A DNA stretch of 11,470 nucleotides from Selaginella moellendorffii (GCF_000143415.4 NW_003314574.1:1-11470), one strand, 5' to 3'. Positions 1-8,910 are shown, numbered from the stretch's first letter. Numbers and translations are program-made. Notes: a model not told the origin generated them from the sequence alone.

Positions 1-59
1 TCATATGAATAGCACATTATGAGAAAGTGTATCACTCTTCCCACTTCATAAAAGCACTA

Positions 60-735
60 AGGTGTCCATCACTCACTTGAAGGAAAGATCACTCACACAA
101 AGATGAGATTTCCCAACTTATATTTTCAAAATTGGCAATACTCATTTGTAAACTTCTTTGCCATGTTCTAAGTTACATGTAAATTATGTTACACACCACT
201 AGAATTTTATCAAGTTTTATAACTATATTAGTTGCTTTTGAATCAAGCTTCTCATGTTCAAATGCCATCCCAACCAACTCCAATGATGTTGGGGATGTTT
301 TGGCAAAGTAAGGACTTATCTTGGCTCCAATATACTGACTATTATTATATACAAATTACACCAATAAAAATATAGATTCCATTGTTTTTGGCTTTAACCA
401 GTGCAAAGTGTAGCATATCCTATACCACCTAATTCACACACTTGGTCTATTTATCCATTTGAAGATGATCTCCACTTGAGAGTTTTAAAGTCACTTGCAT
501 AACCCTTACAAAGCTCTTAAAAAATTCATTAGTGAGCTTTGAATCTCAATCACTAACAATGTCCTCCAACAAATTAAATCAAGAAAGACCTTCTCCAAGT
601 AAACTGTAATCAAATCTAAAACAATAATAGTCTTCTGAAGAGCCAACAACCACATCTGCTTTGTTAATTGATCCACTATGACCCACAGTTGCTCCTTTTA
701 CTGCTATGTTTTTTGCCATAGAAATACCATACCAA
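60..735 (-). pseudogene. Degenerate Ty3/gypsy integrase core and C-terminal remnant
   Basis: Manual minus-strand translation: WYGISM, LWVIVDQLTK (about 660-694), EDIVSD*DSKLT (about 533-568), LKLSSGDHLQMDK*TKCVN*VV*DML (about 412-488), matching WVIVDRLTK / IVSDRD / HPQTDGQTERVNQ..EDMLR. Confidence 0.85.
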
Positions 736-2225
736 TGGTTGTAAAGATCACTCACACAAAAACAAGATCTCTAACATGAACCATAGGAATATTTCACCTT
801 CCCTATTTATTTGTGGCACTATGCTTTCCCTTTAGTTATTCTCCTCTTGACTATATCTAAACATAAGCAATTTATCCCTCGGAGGGGTATATTTAACCTC
901 TTTATCCCCATAAGAAGTCTTGGGTAGTTAATTTCTACCAATCCAATCAATTATTTTGCACCTTTTGCTTAGTTGTCTCATAATTATCAAGTTTTACAAT
1001 TCATTACTAGTGTTTCCACACTTTTTTCATTATTTGGGTCACCACACTCTAACTGCATACCTTTTAGCTTAAGGTATGCAATTCTTATTTCTATTGAGAT
1101 TCCTTTGGCAAGAGGTTCTCATGAACCCACTAACTTGATCTCAAGGCATCATACATTAGCACATTTGGTATCTTCACACCATTGGCTTTATAAGCCTATC
1201 TTTACAACACTTCCCATTTAAGTCTAGGTTTTTGTTATGACCAAAGTAGTCGTTTCTCATGCTAACTATCAATTAACACTGCACCATGGTATTTATACGC
1301 AACTCTATGCCAAAGTTGATTTCTTCCAAAAACACCTTTCCCACGACTTTAGTATAACACATTTTACCATCAATGAGATACCCACTGTTCTCATACTTGG
1401 ATCTTATGATCCTCCCTGTCCTTCATAGGGTGCAACACACCTTAGTCTAAATGCTTTTACCAATTTTTTAAGACCATTCCTTGACTCCACTCGAGTTATT
1501 CAGCTTTTTGGACTTTGTTAGTTTGATGACCCATAAAATCCTAGCCTCACGGCTATTTTTGAGATGTTAATTTATTGGAATACAACTTCTTGTATTCGTG
1601 TCCTACTCACAAGAACCACCTTTGTAAGTGTTACTCTGACACTTGATTATTTTTTCATTCCCTGTAGGCTACCTTTGCCCCTTAAGACTATCCATCCATA
1701 TGATGATAATACCAACTCATCCTCTAAATACACCTCTAATTCCTTGGGTTTGTTCCAACATTTATAAAAGGTAGCCACAACTATCATTTCAAGGACTTGT
1801 GTCCTCCTCCATATTTAACCTCCTACAATCATTAACTCTGGTCTCAAATTCATGAGCACCAGCCCCAACTATATGAGGATAATTTTGTGACTCCTTTATT
1901 GTTTTGGAGTCTTTATCTTTTCCGTGATCCCAACTATAGTTTTTTACCACAACTACATTAGTTAGTTTGTTAAGTCAAATGGTTATCTAGATTACATCCT
2001 CAATTCTTTGAGAAAAATTTATATTGTTCTCAAAATCCCAAAGTTATTCCCTTATTGGCCTCTTTCTATCCACCACATTGCGTACAAGTTCACATATGAA
2101 CTAGAGTGGAAGCTACGTCCTCCTAACATACTACTTCTCAAGGATAGGCCCAATCCTAGAACTTTTTGATGCTAATACAAGGGATGATATACTTGGCCGC
2201 CAATAAAAGTCAAATTAAGGAATAT

Positions 2226-2236
2226 CTCTGATACCA
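2226..2236 (-). other. Primer binding site for plant initiator tRNA-Met
   Basis: Plus CTCTGATACCA = minus TGGTATCAGAG, 3 nt from a minus-strand CA LTR end (plus TG at 2240-2241). Confidence 0.85.
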
Positions 2237-2239
2237 AAT

Positions 2240-3554
2240 TGTAAATGACTAAACTTTCCATTCTACTTTAGTCACTTAACCACCACTTGGAAGAATCTCA
2301 CTTATAACTTTCATAAATCCTATTCCAGACTTTGGGCTTGATAGCCCCCAGAATGAGATTCATGCTACTTAATCTTTGCATACCCATTCACTTTTGTCAC
2401 ACCGGTGATCTAACACCATATCACAGTCCCATCTCTCAAAGACTAGGCCATCCATCCAATAGTGATCATCTCAGATCCACTTCTTAACATCCTTAGGATG
2501 CTCATAGACATAGGGAATAACTTTCTCCAATATCCCTTTTTTAGTCCCCACCAAGTCCCTTTTTGTCCATGGCCATGTTTGCCAACACTGCCATTGGGTC
2601 AAGGCCCGCAAACTCGACCACCAAGTCCCATTGTCCTTTGAGACTTCCTCACCATGTGACTGTATCCTGGTCATTACACCAGAGAATTGTTTATCTTCCT
2701 TTCCACAATCTAGGACTTTATGATGACATTTTGGAACACCATGGCCCTACGCGAGCCTCATGGGTACTCTCCCCACCTTCTGCCTTTGGGTGCTCTAGCC
2801 ATGGGTTTAGAGCAAGGTTTCGTTGAGCCATGCTAGATATCCAAGTAGGTAGTGCCACCTACGCTTGGACTAGGAGCATTAACCATTTGATTTCCTGGGG
2901 GAACTAAAGTTGGCTCTTGAACACTTCACAAGCTTCCCCACTTATTTGTCCGTATTCACTTTAACTTTGGACTCTTTAGTGGATATATTATCACCCAACA
3001 CATGGACATACACACTGGCCTTTCCTAGTCAAACTAATTCCACTAAAGTCCAACCCCCACACTCTCCTTACTATACTTTTGGACCCTTGCATTCCCCCCC
3101 ACCCTAGGGGATGATCGCTTTTAGCTTTCACCCCTTGACCTGTATTAGTATTCGGACTTGGACCTGAACTTAGTCTTGCTCTTGATCTCGGACCCAGTCT
3201 TAGCCTCCATCTTAGACACCTTCTTTGACTCTTTGTCAGACTCCATCTTAAACTCCATCTTGAACTTGTTGTCAAACTCCATCTCAAACTACTTCTCAAA
3301 CTCCATCTTGAACTCAGCCTCGACACTTCCATGTATCACAATACTTGCCATGTATTAGTCCCTCTTATATCTTTTTGTAAAGACTTGTTCACTAATCATT
3401 TCATACTCATTCCTCGAGCACTTCTGTAGGAATTCCAATTTAGGAGTTGAAGCTTTTGGTTCAAACGTGTTACACTCATTGGACTTTTGCTTTGGCTACT
3501 ATCACATGGCCTCCTTTTGGCTCCACTTTGGGGCTTAGAGATTTATATCTTACA
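2240..3554 (-). repeat. Putative 5' LTR (~1.3 kb) of the older element
   Basis: Minus strand begins TGTAAGA (3554) and ends TTTACA (2240), giving TGTAA/TTACA termini. Homology with the copy at 9184 stops at the same TGT. No partner LTR in the window. Confidence 0.6.
3157..3324. repeat. Degenerate 12-bp tandem array (~14 units, consensus about CTCCATCTTRAA)
   Basis: In-register units, e.g. ctccatcttaga 3205, ctccatcttaaa 3241, ctccatcttgaa 3253, ctccatctcaaa 3277, ctccatcttgaa 3301. Confidence 0.85.
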
Positions 3555-3901
3555 CCTATTTATAGGTTATATAGAGAGAGAAGCTAGAGGCCTTAACACT
3601 CATGAGCAAATAAACTAAAATTGCTGATAAGGTTTATATAAATTATTATAAATAAACAGTTAGAATTGTTTACGCCCTTTATACAAAATAACAAACATCA
3701 AGAGAGAAAGGTGGGTGATGTGACGAGTCTACAATAGCTACCTCATGACTAAATATTTCACTATGCACATAAAGTGTTGAAGTCAGTCTATCTATATTGG
3801 CCCAAACACAAAGATCAATAAATAGATAATATCAAAATCAGAGATAATGATATTTTAAAGACTAAATTATCATTGAATAACTCTCAGATTAGAAAATAAA
3901 A

Positions 3902-3907
3902 GTATTC
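3902..3907. repeat. Left copy of 6-bp target-site duplication GTATTC
   Basis: GTATTC abuts the 5' LTR; identical hexamer at 8911-8916. Confidence 0.9.
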
Positions 3908-4082
3908 TGTGAGGGCCAGGTGTACGGCTACGGTACTGTATACTAATATTAGCGTAGTGGGATTTTGGTAGCCATTGGATTAGTTTCAATCCGGACCACT
4001 CGCTCTTGTATATAAGCTAGGGTTTTTGGGCTAATTGATATGCACATTTCTGTATTCCCTTTCCATATTCCAGGCACTCACA
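3908..4082 (+). repeat. 5' LTR (175 bp)
   Basis: Begins TGTGAG, ends CTCACA; aligns without gaps to 8736-8910 with 6 mismatches; TATATAA at 4009-4015. Confidence 0.97.
4009..4015 (+). promoter_or_regulatory. TATA box in the 5' LTR
   Basis: TATATAA, identical in both LTRs, followed by TAGGGTTT (telo-box) and TGGGCT. Confidence 0.6.
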
Positions 4083-4083
4083 T

Positions 4084-4099
4084 TGGTGGAGGTGAGGGG
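4084..4099 (+). other. Primer binding site, probably tRNA-Ala
   Basis: TGGTGGAGGTGAGGGG begins after a 1-nt spacer from the LTR. Complement of the plant tRNA-Ala 3' end as I recall it (...CCCCGCAUCUCCACCA) is TGGTGGAGATGCGGGG: 8 perfect, one G:U, 2 matches, one mismatch, 4 matches. Confidence 0.7.
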
Positions 4100-4306
4100 C
4101 ACCTTTGATTGTCCCTGAGGAGTGCTTGGATTTGGGATTTTGGTTTAAATCTAGCTTTTGCATCGTCTAGATCTAGCTTTTTCCAGTTCCTTTCTTTTGT
4201 TCTTTCTTTTGGTTTAGATCTAGCTTTTTGCGTTGTCTAGATCTACCATTTCCTTCTAGCTTTTTGTCATCTCTCTTCTTTTGCTCTTTCTTTTTCGTTC
4301 ATCTTC

Positions 4307-5239
4307 ATGGCAGATCAGCAATCTCCTCCTTTGACTCTAGAGCAGCAGTTGGTACAATTGCTTGATGCTATGCGCTTGCAATTGAACAACCAAACTCAGT
4401 TGATGGCGGCGTTCACGGTACGTGGTACAACTCCTCCTGCTCTTGGTGCTAATCCTCGCATTCGGCCGGAGTTCTTTCGCAGAAATCCTGGGGATGATGT
4501 GTACCATTGGTTCGATCACTTCACGGTGATTGCCACATATCATTCTTGGGATGATGCTCGACATTTGCGTGAGTTTCCCACGTGTCTCCAAGGGACGGCG
4601 TTGCAGTGGTACAATGGTTTGAGCGCAGCCACTCATGGGGATTGGAGTGTTCTCCCGGACGTCTTCAAATGCCCCTTCGGACATGCCGATGATTGTGATG
4701 ATGCTTTCCAACAATTGCATCGTCTTCGCCAAGGGCCATCTGAGTCGGTGATGCAATTTGGCGTTCGTTTCCGAAGTCTTTTGCTTCGTGCGGAGCCAAA
4801 TATGTCGGAGCGGATCAAGCTAGGAATGTTGTGGCCAGCACTTCGTCAAGATCTTGTCGGACTTGTGCATGCACTTGCTCCTGTCTCCCTTGACGATGCT
4901 CTTCGCTTGGCACAACATTATGAGACGTCGCCTCTTCCACTTCTCGCTGCACGTCCTTCCGCTCCACTTCCTATGGGTGATGGTCCTGTTCCAATGGAGG
5001 TTGATGCTGCTGCTGCTCGAGTCCAAGGACAAGCGCGAGGACGTGGTCATGGCCGTGATGTTCGCTGCTGGGCGTGTGATGAAGTTGGTTATACTTATCG
5101 GCATTGCCGTTGTTTTCCGGATTGGCGACCTCCATTTCCTAGGTGGAGACCTTGGCGTCAACAACGTCTCGTGGGTGCTGCTGCAGTGGAAGGTCTGGAC
5201 ACCAAGTTGCATCCGGGAAACGAGGAGTCGCGCGAGTAA
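4307..5239 (+). CDS. gag: Retrotransposon Gag (capsid domain, PMEVD motif, degenerate CCHC zinc knuckle)
   Basis: 310-aa ATG-initiated ORF; LQGTALQWY, LRQGPSESVMQFGVRFRSL (major homology-like region), PVPMEVD, CWACDEVGYTYRHC (C-x2-C-x4-[H>Y]-x4-C). Confidence 0.92.
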   Translation: MADQQSPPLTLEQQLVQLLDAMRLQLNNQTQLMAAFTVRGTTPPALGANPRIRPEFFRRNPGDDVYHWFDHFTVIATYHSWDDARHLREFPTCLQGTALQWYNGLSAATHGDWSVLPDVFKCPFGHADDCDDAFQQLHRLRQGPSESVMQFGVRFRSLLLRAEPNMSERIKLGMLWPALRQDLVGLVHALAPVSLDDALRLAQHYETSPLPLLAARPSAPLPMGDGPVPMEVDAAAARVQGQARGRGHGRDVRCWACDEVGYTYRHCRCFPDWRPPFPRWRPWRQQRLVGAAAVEGLDTKLHPGNEESRE

Positions 5240-5276
5240 CGGAGGGACCTTGTGCGAATAAATCAGTGACCCCTCC
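5215..5276 (+). other. -1 programmed ribosomal frameshift signal (slippery heptamer + H-type pseudoknot)
   Basis: G GGA AAC at 5215-5221 in gag phase; pol is in the -1 frame; 6-nt spacer; stem 1 5228-5236/5249-5257; stem 2 5241-5246/5271-5276. Confidence 0.88.
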
Positions 5277-8200
5277 ATCTTTCTTTCGGGAGTATCATCA
5301 AGGGGTTCACTCGGCACCGGTTCATCCCATGTTTACTTTCCAAGCTCGTTTTTATAACAAGAGGTCTCCTATTACTCTCTCCGTGTTGGTTGATACAGGT
5401 TCGAGTTTATCTTCTATTGCTCGACCTGTTGCCACACGTTGTCGTCTACACTTGCGTCGTGCGGCGGAACCAGTTTTCATTCTTTATGGCAACGGCCGTA
5501 CACATGCATGTGCACAGGATGAGGTGGACCTGGTTGTGCGTGTGGGCGATCTCGAGCTTGAGTTGCAATCGTTGCGGGTGGTGCCGAGTCAAGCTTTTGA
5601 CCTCATTCTTGGTATGGATTGGTTGCAGCGCAATCATGCCAAGTGTGACTTTGAGGCTTCTCCCCCTTGTCTCATACTTCCTTATGTTTCATCCATTCCT
5701 CTCACTTCCATACCTCTTCGTCCCTCTACTTCTACCTCTGCTTCCATTACTTTTGTTCCCCCACTCTTTCCTTCCATGTTTCCATCTTGTTCTGCTTTTC
5801 CCTTTTTCGATCCCTCCGAAGATCTTTGTGTTGCAGCAGTTGACCGGCTCATGAAGGAGTATTCTGATCTCTTTGAATTTGACCTATCGTCTGGGGCCAA
5901 GATTGCCACACGTCATCCGATTCCAACCGGGGATGCTCGTCCAATCAAGGTTCCTGTTCGTCGTCGGTCACCTAAGGAGATCAAGATTTTACGAGCCAAC
6001 GTCAAGGAAATGCTGGAGAAGGGTGTTATTCGGAAGTCGCGGAGTCCTTGGGCATGTGAACCTCATCTTGTGACGAAGCCTGATGGGAGTATTCGTTTCT
6101 GCATCGACTATCGTCCGTTAAACGAAGTGACGATCCCAGATGTGTATCCTCTTCCTCACACTGCTGATCTCTTAGATCGTCTGGGGCGAAGTCGTTGGTT
6201 CACCAAGCTAGATTTTGCTTCTGGGTATTGGCAAGTACCAATGGCCGAAGAAGATATTCCTAAGACTGCTTTTTGTACACCATTTGGTTTGTACGAGTTC
6301 TTGGTGATGCCGTTTGGTTTGAACAATGCTCTAGCAACTTTCCAGCGGATGATGGACGAGGTTCTTTGCGATATGCCGGAAGTGACTGCTGACTTCATTG
6401 ATGATGTCTTGATCCACTCGGAGAGGACGTGGGAGGAGCACGTTCGTGATGTTTGTAAAGTGTTGGATCGGTTACGTGACGTTGGTTTAAAGCTGAAGCG
6501 GTCAAAGTGCATGTTTGGGTCCAAGGACACAACTTACCTTGGGTACCGTATTTCTCGTGAGGGTTTGCAAGTTGATCCTGACAAACTTGTGGCTGTTCTA
6601 AAGTTCCCTACTCCGAAGTGTGTGAATGATGTGCAGCGCTTCTTGGGTAAGGTGCAGTATCTCGGTCGTTTTGTGGATCATCTTTCCGATCGCACTACAC
6701 CATTGCGAGCGTTGCTGAAGTCATCAACGTCATCTTTCATTTGGTCTCCGGATTGTGAGCGGGCATTCGTGGATCTCAAAGAACTATTGACGACTCCTCC
6801 GGTTTTGGCATATCCTGACTACACTCGACCTTTTATTTTGCGCGTAGATGCTTCTGACATTGGTCTTGGAGGTGTATTGATGCAAGAGAGCTCGAGTGTG
6901 CCTGGTCAGCGCCACCCCATTGCATACATAAGCCGTACATTACAACCAGTGGAGATGAACTACTCCACGACGGAGAAGGAGTGTTTAGCAGCAGTCTGGG
7001 GTTTCGAAAAACTTCATGCATATCTACATGGTTCTCGGACGTTACTTGAAGGTGACCATGCTGCTGTTACTTCATTATTGAAGCGGAAGAACCTGGTTGG
7101 TCGTACGGCTTGATGGGCTTTGAAACTTCAGATATATGATTTCGATGTTGTTCATCGCCCAGGGAGTTCTATGGCTGATGCTGATGCCCTTTCTCGAGCT
7201 CCTCTTCCTTCTCCATTCACTTCTCATGTTTCTGACGAACCTGTTGTTCCAGCATCTGTGGATTTTCTAGATGAGGATTCTGTGCCGTCGGCAATTGCTG
7301 TCCTTGACGTTCAGTGTCCACAAGGCGCAGAGCAAGATCTACCTTCTCTTGATGAGGTTCGCGAGGCTTAAAAGATTGAGCCGTGGATTCGAAGGCTTCG
7401 AGATGGGTTTGAGAATCCTGCATCACTTGCTGATGACTTGCCTTTCCGGCATTTACATTCTCAATATCGCTTTGAAGATGGTCTTCTTTATTTTGTGGGG
7501 ACGGATCCTGATGATCATTTACGGCTTGTGGTGCCTTCGGTGTTTATTCCGCGGTTTCTCCATGCCTACCATGATTCTCCTGTTCTAGGTGGGCATATGG
7601 GACACCGTCGTGTTACCGAGAAGCTGCGCAGGTCTTTCTATTGGCAGGAGATGCGACGTGATATTATCCGGTATGTGCGTAGCTGCGTTTGGTGCCAAGC
7701 TCGTAATACTCCCCCTCGTGCTGCGGAAGGACGGTTGGAGTCAATTGCGGTTTCCCGTCCGTTTGAGTTAGTGGCGTTTGATCTTATGGGACCTTTTCCA
7801 CGGTCGACTGCTGGCAATGAGTATGTTATTATTGCTTCTGACTACTTGACTCGTTGGGTGGAAGTTAGTGCTCTTGCTAGCGCCTCTGCAACTGCTGTTG
7901 GATACTTCCTCCTCAATCGAGTGGTGTTCCAGCATTCTTGTCCAGAGCAGATTCTTTCGGATAATGGTCCCACATTTATGGCTGAGGCATTTCATGTTTT
8001 GATGTCTCGGTTGGGGATACGCCACACTTTCACGAGTGCTTATCATCCACAATCAGACGGTCTGGTGGAACGGCTCGTTCGGACATTCAAAGGGATGATT
8101 GCGAAGTATGTGAACTTTCAGCATTCGGATTGGGATGGTTATTTGCCGTCTCTTCGGTATGCATATGTTACAGGGGTGCAGAGTTCTGTTGGTGCTTCAC

Positions 8201-8703
8201 CATATAAACTCCTATATGGTCATGATCCAATATTACCAACGGAGCTGGGTTTACCTTCGCAATTGCCACGAGCTGCCGATGCTAGATCATGGGATCAGTA
8301 TTTGACGAGCATTCTTCCACTTGTCCGAGCAAAGTCTGCCGAACACTTAGGCCGCGTACAAGTGGGACAACAACGGCGCTATAACTCCCATCATCGTCCA
8401 TCTGCGGAGTACAAAGTGGATGATTTGGTGTTAGTCCGTTTTCCCCATCTTACGGTACGTGGTTTATCTAAAGGGCTTCTTGCGCAATGGAAAGGACCGT
8501 ATCGAGTATTGCGGCAAGTTGGACCACAAGTTTATGAGGTTCGGCATGACGTTCAGCAGACCGATCCTCCAGAGATTGTGCATGTGCAGCGGCTGAAACG
8601 CTTCGTACAAAGGGATCAGGAGGAGTTAATACCACCTACAGATCCACTGTTGCCTCCTCCTGACGTTCCTCCGGATCCCGGCCCATCTTCAAGAGAACCC
8701 TGA
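5221..8703 (+). pseudogene. pol: Pol polyprotein (aspartic protease, reverse transcriptase, RNase H, integrase) with two in-frame nonsense codons
   Basis: ORFs 5143-7113, 7120-7371 and 7438-8703 share one frame, broken by TGA 7111-7113 (GRTA*WAL; R expected) and TAA 7369-7371. Motifs: VDTGSS and ILGMDWL (PR); YPLP, KLDFASGYWQV, MPFGL, FIDD (RT); VDASDIGLGGVL, NYSTTEKE, DH (RH); H-H-C-C, FDLMGP, SDNG, GLVER, WKGPY, VHVQRLK (INT). Confidence 0.95.
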
Positions 8704-8720
8704 TGATCTTCCATTATCCC

Positions 8721-8735
8721 AAGAGGAGGGGATGA
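8721..8735 (+). other. Polypurine tract
   Basis: AAGAGGAGGGGATGA directly precedes the 3' LTR TG. Confidence 0.9.
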
Positions 8736-8910
8736 TGTGAGGGCCAGGTGTACGGCTACGATGCCGTATACTAATATTAGCGTAGTGGGATTTTGGTAGC
8801 CATCGGATTAGTTTCAATCCGGACCACTCGCTCCTGTATATAAGCTAGGGTTTTTGGGCTAATTGATATGCACATTTCTGTATTCCCTTTCCATATTCCA
8901 GGCACTCATA
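8736..8910 (+). repeat. 3' LTR (175 bp)
   Basis: Begins TGTGAG directly after the PPT; ends CTCATA (terminal CA changed to TA relative to the 5' LTR). Confidence 0.97.

Larger units (their letters stand above)
1..3554 (-). mobile_element. Older, heavily decayed Ty3/gypsy LTR retrotransposon (5' LTR, PBS and internally deleted coding region; continues beyond the left edge)
   Basis: Minus strand: LTR-like end ...CATTTACA at 2240, PBS TGGTATCAGAG, integrase remnants with many stops and frameshifts. The right boundary is inferred. Confidence 0.75.
3908..8910 (+). mobile_element. Full-length Ty3/gypsy (Metaviridae) LTR retrotransposon, 5003 bp, no chromodomain, inactivated by point mutations
   Basis: Paired 175-bp LTRs (3908-4082, 8736-8910), flanking GTATTC duplication, PBS after the 5' LTR, PPT before the 3' LTR, gag then pol in PR-RT-RNaseH-INT order; visibly more GC-rich than the flanks. 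Confidence 0.97.

Noticed and set aside
1054-1080. Perfect 10-bp hairpin TGCATACCTT-N7-AAGGTATGCA
   Set aside because: Isolated in decayed retroelement sequence; no CTRR end, TSD or other support for function.
973-3107. Short ORFs in the left flank
   Set aside because: Antisense to, or within the LTR of, the decayed element; no domains recognised.
2991-3358. Repetitive ORFs 2991-3332 (-) and 3158-3358 (+); CRISPR-like appearance
   Set aside because: Products of the 12-bp tandem array; no unique spacers; eukaryotic LTR context.
5143-5214. Listed pol start at 5143
   Set aside because: It is a GTG inside gag upstream of the slippery site; pol is better explained as entered by -1 frameshift at 5215-5221.
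6394-6405. FIDD rather than YxDD at the RT active site
   Set aside because: FIDD is common in Ty3/gypsy RTs.
7111-7371. Programmed readthrough or separate RT and integrase genes
   Set aside because: Both stops are single C>T changes from CGA/CAA; the first interrupts the conserved GR.ARW motif at the end of RNase H. This fits the element-wide deamination pattern.
4337-8052. Antisense and alternate-frame ORFs overlapping gag/pol (e.g. 4337-4756, 4820-5317, 4854-5261, 5390-5854, 6156-6530, 7271-7588, 7768-8052)
   Set aside because: No recognisable motifs; expected shadows of a long, codon-biased coding region.
8640-8735. Chromodomain or env-like ORF after integrase
   Set aside because: Integrase ends in a short Pro-rich tail and the PPT follows 17 nt after the stop; there is no room.
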